Origin: Klebsormidium nitens
Taxonomy: Eukaryota > Plantae > Klebsormidiophyceae
Direction of reading: 5' to 3'
Length of the DNA: 41,099 bases
Assembly (NCBI GenBank): GCA_000708835.1
Contig: DF237463.1
Location: forward strand, 26,038-67,136
The position numbers and the translations under genes were made by a program. The notes beneath the pieces were generated by a model. That model was not told the DNA's origin. It was given only the letters and a program-made list of their open reading frames with translations, and searched no databases. Positions 1 through 10,613 of this stretch are shown here, piece by piece (the stretch's first letter is position 1; every line of letters begins with the position of its first letter).

Positions 1-1372
1 CGCTGAGTCGGGCCGAAATACGTTGCCACCTACCGCACGGCGTCCGCTACTCACCGGACCGTCCACCCCGAAGTTAGCGGGTCGGTTTGGGCCCAGCCCC
101 CGGGTGCCGCCCGGCCCCACCGGACCGATTTGGGGCCACCGAGGCGCGGCGCGGCAGCGCATTCTGCCAATGGAGGGGACACGTGGCACAATGTGGTTGG
201 TCCTTTTTATGCCGTTCACCAGATGGTTAGTTGGCTTGCAGCATGATGCAGTGACGTGGCACGGTTCTGACTCACCTACAGTAGTGACCGGTGCGCTGTC
301 CCAGCCACCTCAGGCTCCAGGTTTCTTCCAACGGCGGGAGCTGGCAGGGGCCCGGCGACTGCGTCTGCGGGACCCGGGGAGTACAATTCCGATTGGACCA
401 GAAAGTACTAAATTATTTAGTACTTGAGTAAATAGCCACTGCAAACCGCTGCGGTTGGTACCGAGGTGGCAATCTCAGAACTTATACTGACGTAACCCAT
501 GATGGTCGCCGTGATTTTAGCTCCCAGCAAGGACTTTGGCTTCAAGTCTGGGGGGATGCTAATAGCATCGACGTGAGCCCCCAGCCAGACCAAATGGAGT
601 TTCTTTTTGAGTTCTAACGCCGCAAAAACGTGCATGTCAGATTCGACGATCATTCCGGTTGTTGCAGTTTCTGTTCACACCAAGTCCAAACGACGGTTTT
701 CTACCTGCTGTGAGCTGTACATGTGCACTGTGAACACCTTCAACATGGTAAGAACAGGCCCGGGATTACCTGAAAGGCCAGAGCGCAAGCCTCAAGGCGC
801 CGCAAGCTGAGCCTGCAACCTGTTACCTGTGCCAGTGTGCAGTGTACCTGACCTGGTGCAGTGTGCAGAGTGCAAGCAGCAAGGAGGAGGAAGACGGCTT
901 TTTCCAAATATCGGTCAGGACTCAGCTGAGTGGTCATGGAGCCGCATTTTAGATACCTAAAAGGAAAGAAAGGGCCAAACTTGTCGGCACCAGCTACGGG
1001 CCAAGCTGTCACCATGGTGGTCCATCTGACTCGAAAGTTTCAGCTAAAACTTTGATGCAGGCTGAGGTGCCCTTTGTGTAGGGTATGGCAAAATTCTGGC
1101 AGAGTTTGGCGCCTAGAGTTACTTATGCCGCTCGCTCAGAACTGTATCTTTCCGAGGTTTTAGTCCGCTAGTCCCTGGCTCTTTCCGGGTTGAAATGTGG
1201 TTCTTCCAGTTGCAGGCCAGGTCCGAATCTCGGCGCTGTGTCGGACGCTTCTCCCTTCATGGCGTAGCTTCTCCTGACAGCTACGCTTTCTGCTTTTGGG
1301 AAGTGAAGCAGTGCCGGCCTTGACAACGATCATTTCTCGTTGCTGAGCAGCAGCCTTCTAGAGGGGGTAGAG

Positions 1373-4300
1373 ATGAGCTCATCAAGCAGAAGAGCGTCAA
1401 GCGCCGCTTTCCTGCTTTTAGGCCTCTTTGTCATTGCATCAACTTTCAGACACGTTGCGGCAGACTACGTAGTCACAGGGCCGGGGCCAGGGCCAGCGAT
1501 CGCTCCGAGCACATGTCCGTTCACTTTCTTAGATGCAAACGTCAAGTATGCGGCCGGTTTCTGCTCCTCGAGTAAGTGCTCCTTCAGTCTGCTTCTTGAA
1601 TTTGGTCTTGTCGAGGCTGATGGTAAGAAGCTGCAACCTTTTGCTTGTCATTGCCGTAACCAAAGTTGTGCCTTCCCACTTTCTATGGCAGAATATCTCT
1701 TGCAACAGCTTTTTAAAAAGTTTGTTGCCGCTTAGATACCACCTAAGACGTTATATTGGTATGCTTGGTGTGCTTCGCTGGAGAAGATAGGCCAGCTTTT
1801 TTCCTTTGTTTTGAAACCTGTGCACCAAGTTTTAGGGAGGGTTGCCTTGTGCAGAAAACCGCGTGGCCCCTTTCACGCTGGTTGTTAGAACCCTAAGTGA
1901 AGGAGGCTCTTAAGGGACGGTCACGTCTAATGGACCAATTCTAAGGACCTTAAGGTTCTCAGGTCGTCAGAATGTATCGCACAGAGCTATACGGTTGCAA
2001 AATTGAGCACGACTTAAGTTTGGTTTTTTGGCCACATATTTCGAGATGAGGGTAATCGTGGCGTCATCCAAGAAAAGTTTCCCTTGATTGCTGTTCAATA
2101 GTTGAGCCCAACACCTGACATTTTGTTGGCAGCAGAAAGCTCATTAGTGGTGTGGCTCCTTCTGGGGCTTTCAATGCTTACGCAGATCTACTGTCCGTCG
2201 CTTCTCTCTTAACTGGTCAAGTGTCGGTTTGCTCCCTACACTCTCTCGCTGCTAAAGTTGAGGAAGAGGACTTATGTGTCGAAGAACGAAGGAAACTGTC
2301 TAAATTGTCGGCTAAGTCCGTCCTTGGTGCTGCAGGCTTCCTGTCTTCAAATTCAAGTATTTATGGCTCAACATGTTGCAACGCTGTCAGAGCACTCCTG
2401 TTTCAAAGCCGAGTGAGGTATGCTAACGAGACGGGCACTCTTTTGCTGCCCCAATCATCGGCTGATGCCTGTATACAGGTGAGTAAGAGGCTGCCCCTAT
2501 TATTCCTTTTTGTACGATGTTCTTGCTCAAACAATCACACAATCTTACGGCGTTGCAGTTGGTTCTGATTTTCTACGCAGCATTGCCCTGTTTCAGTTCA
2601 GTCCGACATCATTTACATAGGATAGCCCTATCTAAGGTCGCCCACTGACACCTTCTCAAACAGCTCTAGGATTGCTTTCTCGCGTGATGTAGTGCCCCCC
2701 TGCTGTGTAGAACTGCCAGAAGGCAATCAAGTAGCGCCTTAGCATTCATTGTTGCGTTTCCCCGAAGCCCGACTCTTACTTAGTAGACCTTGATCTCCAT
2801 CAGAGTCGAACTCAGTAAGTCCTGACCACCTACCTGATGATCGTCTTGGGGCTTTCTGTTCGTCCAGGCCGCGAAGAATGTTCTGCCGGCAAACAACACC
2901 GCCTTGTTCAGTTCCTGCGGCATCGATAGCTCGTTCCTGTCAGAAGATACCGGCGAGGCCTGCGGGCCCAACCTTGTGACAGTGTACGACTTCTGGTCGG
3001 CGGCGAATCACACCTATCCAGGTGGGGTTACATTGCATGCCCGCTGCTTCGCTTGCCCCATCTATGTGGTCGCGGAGCTTTTGGCTAATGCTATTTTGCT
3101 GGACGTTGAAGCCTGGTTTCAAGCTTGACTGTTGGAAGTCGGTTGCAGCCTTCGTGACGGACCGTCTCAAAAGGTGGAATGCAGTTAGCTGTTAGTAAGG
3201 GCCTAGTAGAAAACTTCTATTAAGTTAGATTGTTGCCGCCATACAATGGCTTTCACCAACAGGATTGAACAACTTGTTTGGGTGCCCTCAGAATTCCGTA
3301 TCCTGCATTGCACACCACTCCAGAGAGCTTTTCCTTGCCGCCATCGTCTCTTTTCCCTATCTAGGACTTTGATTCTCCTTCTCCATCTGCAAGCCTGTTA
3401 TCTCCTCACGCCATCTTTTGCTCGCCATGTTGGTCCCAGGTATCGTAGGCGCCTCCTGCTACAAGGTGTCAGACTGCTCTGCATGCCTTCAGTCGGTCTC
3501 CTCCCTGATCCTCAGTCTGGGGCCTAATCGGACGCTGCTAAGCACACCAGAGTGCCAGGGTGAGCACCTTGACGCTTTCGCAGGACCTAAAGCAGCGCCG
3601 GCGCCAATTCAAAAAGCTTTGAGTAATGTGCGGTTAGCGCCTGTTGCGGGTTCTGGTGTAATTTCAAATCACGATTTCAATCAGCCTGTCTGGCCACCAG
3701 CCCAAAGCTAGCAACACAAGAGAGGGACTTCGGTCGCTGGTGTCTCTGGCCCCTTGACAGACAGAGCAGGTGACTCCGCGACAACATTTGCAGCATTGAT
3801 CAAGAGTCCTTTGTCACAGGACTGCACTATGTGTCCCATCTAGGGGCTGTGATGTAGGATCAACGCAGTGAGTTGGGCTATCGCATTCTCGAGCTGCAAT
3901 GCTTGCTGGTGAAGGACATGGTTTTGAAAAGGAGGTGGTTTCCAAAGGTTTGCATGACGGCCAGCTTGTTTCGTCAGAAGCACTAAGCCCCTGCTCTGTT
4001 ATGCCATGAGTTTCTCAACTAGGATGCGTACCATCGGTTTTCGCTTCTTATTTCACCTTTGCCCGACTGTGCAGACCTTGCTGAGGTTGCAATGACCGCG
4101 TCTGCCTACCCCGTTGTCGTGGCGAACGGCATCTCGGGATGCCTGCACCAAGTAGAGATCCAGACGCTGGACACGGCGCCCGTGTGCGATGCCTTCGAGT
4201 GGGATGCGATCAATTTCACGTCTGCAAGGCGGAGCTGTGGGCCGGAGCAGTATCGCAACGACCGGTGCTGTGATCTGGTTCTGGGCATGGCAGGCCAGGT

Positions 4301-7300
4301 GAGGGGAGAAGAGAGCTGCCGGAAATACTGAAGAAGCGATTTGGGATCCTTTTTGCAAGCAAGGCGCAGCCGGGAACCCTGCTTTTGAACGCATATCTGC
4401 ATGCTTTCTGGTCAAGTGTTGATGTGTAACTTTGAACACATGCCCCTCCAAAAAGCATTTTCAGGAGATATAGAGACCCCTTCTCACGATGCGGATGCTT
4501 CATTCTGGTGGAGGCACAAGCAGTCTCGTCAATGTTGTTTGGATTAGAAAGCTTCCGTTGTTCTGATGTCGAACATTCCCAACAATGCAGAATCTTGTAA
4601 GGCTCACCTGTTCCGGGGTTCCTATGCAGTTCCGTCACCCAAGTGATGCGCAGGCCCAATGAATTTCAATTCTAAAGCTCACGTTTGGTTTGCCCCTTCT
4701 TTGTAGGTGCATGCGCTGTATATGAACAAGAGCGGAACGGGCGTGCCACAGGTGAGAGGTTAAAAGCGGGTCATGTGTGACCAACAGAGCTTTCTTGTTG
4801 CGCCCAAAGCTGGTAAATTGGCAAAGGCATGGGGCGGTGGGAGCAGACAATGATCGAAATGCTCAGGGGCTCAAAAACATAGGTTGCAGCAAGAAGAGGG
4901 CGATCGAATCAGGAGTGGTTAAGGGGTTAAAACCGGTTAACCTATATACTGATTGGCGGTCAGTGTGACACTGGGACCAGGCTGCCTTAGCTGTCCACAA
5001 ACAGCATACCTTCAAATCTGAAATTGACAAAACTTCTAGAGGAAAATATCGCGCCTCTTGTAGGAACAAACACTCAGGATGGGGTAAAGCTGCTGTTTAA
5101 TCCTCAGAGTTATCTTGTTTTCAGAATGAAGCGGACGTGTGCCTCCAGAAGGTGAAGGACCTGCTCGTTGCCAACGGCATTGCAAGCACAGTCCTCGACA
5201 ACTGCAAGCTGGTCGCATTCCAGTACCTCTTCTCGGTCGGGTGCTACAACTACACCACGATCAACCAGCCCATCCCGGAGTCCTACATGGAAACGCTGGA
5301 AGGGGCGTGCAATCCTGATGGCGACTGCACCCAATGTCAGCCCACGTACCTCAGCGTGGGCAAGACCCTCGCAAACACGACCGTGAAAACGGTCGAGAAC
5401 CTGTGCGAGATCCTGATGAGCAACCAGTACCTCGCGCACTTCGACAACCTGGGGGACATCACGGACCGCCTCAACTGCTTCTTCCAGTTCCCCCCCCCGC
5501 TACAGCTTGCATTCTACACCAAGTCGAAGGGGATCACGGTTGGCGCGATTGTGGGCATTGCGCTCGGAGCGGTGTTCTTGCTGGTTGTAGTGGCGGGGGT
5601 CTTGTTTGTGATCTGGCGCAAGCGGCGGACGCTCCACGAGGGGCCCGACAGCTCCATGGGCCACGCCTCGTTCTCGCAGTCGCTCAGTATGGCCCAGAGC
5701 CTGGGGATGGCGCAGCTCGTGCTGTTCAGCTACTCGGAGCTGCGCAGGGCGACGAAAGGGTTTGAGGAGAACCGCGTGCTGGGGAAGGGCGGTTCAGGGA
5801 AGGTTTACCTGGGGAGCCTCAAGGGGAAGACTGTGGCTATCAAGGAGATTACGCGGGGGGCCACCAAGAAAGGCGCGCAGGTGAGCGGATGTTGGGGGGT
5901 ATGTTACCGAGCATTTCAGGGACTTGGGCTTTTGGTTGGGCAGAGTGTCGGTGGGTTCGCTTAACAGGAAGGCCGTGGTCACGAAGGAGGTCATGTGGGG
6001 GGCAATTGACGGCACACCGGCAAGAGGCTTGTTTGGAATCAGGTTTGTCAGGCATTGAGGGTTTCGGACCTCTGAGCTTTTCAGAAAGTAGGGTTGGTCC
6101 CGTAAAATGTTAGAAGTGAAACGCTCTCTGTAAATCTGCAGCCCCGATCTTCTTCCCCGCCCTCCCTTACAATCCAGCAAACTCCGCCCTTTCTGACTCG
6201 TCACTCCCTTTTTCCACCCGTCAGGACACACCCGTCAAGGACACCAACTCTCGTTCCCTCTCAAAGATCTCACCCTCTCTGGACCCCCCTGCTGCAGGAG
6301 TTCCGCAACGAGGTGATGTCAATGGCCCAGTGCCGGCACCGGCACCTGGTGTCCCTCGAGGGCTGCTGCGCGAGCGAGCGCCACTGCATTCTCGTTTACG
6401 AGTACATGGAGCAGGGCAGCCTGGACGACCACTTGTATGAGCCACGCGAAGGCGCGACGCCGCTGGAGAGCCGCAGCGCCGCGCGCTTCCTGGACTGGCC
6501 CGCGCGGCTCAAGATCGCGCTGGGGACGGCCAGGGGACTCGCGTATTTGCACGAGGTGTGTACGTTTTCCCCGCCTTGATTAGATGGCTGCGGCAGACCT
6601 GGGCATCGTGACTTCAGGGGGGAGAGTTTGAGATTTCCGACCGCAGGGTACTGGCGCGCGATGTTAGGTCTATACTTCGTCCAGACTGCAGCGGTTAGCA
6701 CGTTGCTGTAGAAACAACGTTGGTTTGAATGTGTCAACGCTAGGACAGTACCTGTTGGTAAAGTGTGCGGTAGCTGCCCCCCGAGGTTTTCCATAGTCTT
6801 TGCTGCGAGCCATGTGTCCATGCGCGATATTCGCACTAGTAGGTATCTTCTTTCGGTCGGGCACAGCAGCGGAGCAGGAGCAGGCGGATGGCACAGCCGA
6901 TAAAAACTCAAGCAAATTTGACTTATGTGCGAACGCCGAGCAGATTCATGGTTGCGTACCCTTCGGCCGGCCGATCAGACAAAGGCCTCTCCCTCCCGCT
7001 AAAGGTCCGAAAAGATGCACTCGTTAGTGACGTTCGGGAGCTGTCTAGGAACTTCTGATTAGACCTTTTGCTACCCGAATATCGTCTTATGCACCTCTAG
7101 CGCTGTCCGTTGATCTGACTTTCATCAGAATGACCCGTGGTAAAGTTTCACTCCACTCATGCGGGTGTTTTTCCGTTGCAGGACTGCAAGCCGCGCATCA
7201 TCCACCGCGACGTGAAGCCGAGCAACATTTTGTTGGACGCTGATTTCGAGGCCAAGGTGTCCGACTTCGGCCTCGCCAAGCTCACGGCGGACGACGACAC

Positions 7301-9204
7301 GCACGTCACCGCAAGTGAGCCGTCCGCATGAGCAGATTGTTGGGCATTTGGAAAGCCAACTCATGTGTGCCTGCTGAGCGATCTGAGAGCGTGCAATTGG
7401 CTGGATGGCAAATGCTCAGAGCTCTTGAGTCGTTTTGATCGACGAGCTGTATTCGACGGTGCTCACGCTTTGTTTGCGATGGTTCTGACGCTCGCTCCTG
7501 CTTTTTATTTGCAGGCATCGTTGGTACGTGGGGCTACTTGGTGAGTCTCAACCTTCGGTCATGTCCCGTCCTTCTGCTGCTTTGAAACGATACAGCGCCA
7601 GAGTACCAACAGGCCGCAGCCTATCTTGATCGAGAAAGATAATTAGGAGTCGCTGCAGTTGCTGGAGTTCTTGCGGTGTCATCACGACAGTTACCACTTT
7701 AAATTCCCAGTTGGTTGGAGAAGGCGTTACGGGTTCCGCGAATGCCTGGATTTCACTGCAAGGAAACACACGCATCCTTTCGTAAGAAGGATCTTGGGTA
7801 TATCACCACCTTCTTTGCGTACGTTACTGCCTCCATTTTGAGTGGAATACGTGGTCCCCTGGACAAGAAGCACGGCCTCTCCCCGAGTCTGACCTCCGTT
7901 TCCGTTTGCAGGCGCCCGAGTACGCGGCGAGCGGGCAGCTGACGGACAAGAGCGACGTGTACAGCTTCGGGGTGGTGCTGCTGACGCTGGTCGCAGGGAG
8001 GCGGCCCACTGAGCCGCATGCGGGGGATGACAAGGTGAGCGGGCTTGCACTCGCTGGTCATTCGGCTATCCAATGTCGGCATGCTTTTTGTTGACAGCAC
8101 TTTTTTGTTGCAGAAGGTGGGCGAAGAGGAGCAGCCCGTGCGCACCAACATATTGGACTCTGACGTGCCTTCCCAAAAGGAAACCCAACCCGCCTTTAAA
8201 TAGGACGCAACCTGCTTCTGAATTGGACAATGCTCATATACCTTGGATTGGCTGATGGCCACTCAGAAATGTAGGGCCAGCAAGGTGCCACTGGAGAGAC
8301 CTTCAATTTATGGAGAGGACCGCTTAAGCGTCGGCGTCATTCAAACTTTACAGAGCGCTCCAAAATACGGCTTTCCAGCGTCCTCTGTGCGCAAATGTCC
8401 TGCACCAGTACAAAGGTCGCCTCGTTACGGGATACTAATCCACTTCTTGGCGCCCCAGGTGTACCTGACAGAGTGGGCTTGGATTCTGGCGGAGAGGGGC
8501 CTGCTCCCCGACCTCATCGACCCGCGACTACATGCGGACCTGGAGAAGCACGGCAAGGCCATCGATACGATGACCAGGGTAAGGCCCTTCTGCCTCGGTT
8601 TCGTGTTACGGCAGCCATTCCGCCATCATTGCATGGCGACTGCCGTACTTGACCTAGGGGAAATGCACGCCGCATAAGCGCCGACGTCTTTTGCAGTCAT
8701 CTGCGCGGCGAGTCTGCCGCAAGTGAGCGGCGCGTCTTGCACAAGCTGACTTTACACCCGCAAGTCGCCCCTCGTGGCAAAGCTCTCGATTGACTCGCAC
8801 GTCATGAAAGCTTATGTTTGTCACGTCATCGCTGTCAAGAAACTAAGGGATGGGCTTTTTTGCAGGTCGCGCTGCTGTGCATCCACACGCAAGTCAGCCT
8901 GCGCCCCACGATGCGGCAATGCATCAGCATGCTCACGGACCAGATCCCGGTGCCCGCCCTGCCCAGCCGACCGATGACCATCTTCACCGTTGCGTCAATG
9001 GCGTCTTCCGACTCGGGGAGCTCTTACCTAAACACGCCAGACAACAGCTCAAGCGTCAGTCAAACGAGCACATCGAGATTGTTGGCGCAGCGGCACTTGT
9101 TCAACGGAAGCTTCCTCAGCCGCACGGGGAGCATAAAGGAGAACGACGTGGAGGCCTCCGGTTTGAATGGGCACGGTGTTGAGCTGCCGAAAATGGGACC
9201 GTGA
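1373..9204 (+). CDS. Receptor-like Ser/Thr kinase (RLK/Pelle family) with signal peptide, two tandem 12-Cys SPARK-like ectodomain modules, one TM helix and an RD kinase domain; 879 aa
   Basis: Exons, all GT-AG and phase-consistent: 1373-1571, 2336-2478, 2868-3021, 3440-3559, 4075-4298, 4707-4751, 5125-5880, 6298-6555, 7182-7314, 7515-7540, 7912-8034, 8459-8578, 8866-9204 (2640 nt). Signal peptide [20 protein letters not shown]; [30 protein letters not shown] followed by RKRR. Kinase motifs: [24 protein letters not shown] gatekeeper, [34 protein letters not shown]. The SPARK/RKF3-type call rests on remembered cysteine pattern, not a search. Confidence 0.93.
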
Positions 9205-10613
9205 GAGTGAGATGGGAGTAAAGATGGGCGCGTCTTTGCCCGGGTAGGAAGGGTAGAAAGGTTCTATGCCATGCAGGCATAGGGCGAGGGTCAGCTGACC
9301 AGGAAGAGCGTTGGGCGATTGGCAAGCTAGAAGGCGGCTCGCGCAATGCGCTCTAACTGCAAAAGTGCTTCCTTTTGGTGAAACTGCGTCGGCGCCATGG
9401 CCCTGCAACTAGAAAACCGAGTTGTGGGTATAACATGATCAAACTGAGCTTTGCAGCGGAAGTAGGCGGGCGTTGCCCGCAAGGCACGTGGAGAAAGGGC
9501 TGAAAGCCCAAACGTGCAACCGTGAATGCAACCCAGATAGCGTGGATAAGGATTATTGAAGAGGAATGATGACGAGGGGAGAGAGTTTTATGAGAGGGGG
9601 AGACCTAGATGCAAGCGCGTTGTTAGCCGCATGCGGTGGGGCAAGTTGGTACTATGGGGTTGCAATGTCCAAGGTACGAAGTAGTCCTCTGCATACTTTA
9701 CCGTTAAATTGACACGTCGTCATTATGTCGGTAGTTGAAACAGGTTGTCACCACGTAGATGCAGTCGCATAGCGTGTGATTGCAGGTGCAATAGTAGTTT
9801 GACATGGGGTGAAGGGTGCAAGTTAGTGGGCTTAAGCTTGGCGCAAGTTGCTTTTAACGAATGTAGCTATAATTTTTGTCAAGGGACCGTCATGCATTTA
9901 GCGTGCCTTTGCACAGTCAAGCAAACGTCACAGATCCATGTTGAAGCCCGGCCGTCAGTGCCTGAGACGTTTCGTCGGAGTCCCAATGATCTGCACGCTG
10001 AATTGTGTATATCGTAAGTATACATCGGAATTGCACATTGATAATGGAATTGCATGACATATATCCGGCCTCGCACCGCATGACACGTGTGCATGTTCGA
10101 CATATCCTATCCTATAATTCTATAGCTCAAGCTCTAGCTAAAATGCTCAGTACGTACCGTACGTCGGACAGGATGATCATGTGCATGACGGCCGGAGCTG
10201 TAGTTCTAGCTCGATCAATCTTGCATGATGTGCCATATATGCAGCCTCCTGCGGGCTCATGCAGTTTTGGCCGTCGAAGCCTGTACTTGATCCTTAACGG
10301 ATTGATGGTGATTTTTCTATTGCGCCACGTGTGCGGCTGTGACGTAAGACTCGACTGTTTGTACGGTCTGCCAAACAATGCAAAGCACATCAATGCATGC
10401 AGACCGGTTGTGATCCAGATTGAAAGTTTCATTCATGGTTGCTACAAGCCTAGAGCCCCAAAAAAAGTTTGTGGTTGTGCCGGGAAGGCCCCAGGCAAAC
10501 CGAGACCGACACGCATTTCCGGCTAGTCGTATTATGCAGTTTGCTTTGCAAGCGGTTCGGGACAGTACGTGCAAACTGTTACAGTAGGAAGCAGATGTCA
10601 TGCAGCGTGTCCA

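Noticed and set aside
403-425. Hairpin AAGTACTAAA-TTA-TTTAGTACTT as a Helitron 3' end or terminator
   Set aside because: The stem is AT-rich, with no CTRR at the expected distance on either strand and no other element features.
23-427. 134-aa Pro/Gly/Arg-rich ORF at the left edge
   Set aside because: It has a non-ATG start and the low-complexity translation expected from GC-rich DNA, with no motif. It may be a repeat end, but that cannot be shown from this window.
7311-7316. GCAAGT as a third GC donor in kinase exon 9
   Set aside because: The GT donor at 7315 gives the phase 1 junction needed ([14 protein letters not shown]); the GC site would shift the frame.
10005-10526. 173-aa ORF between the kinase and RRP46
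   Set aside because: No domain, no codon bias like the real exons, and no splice context.
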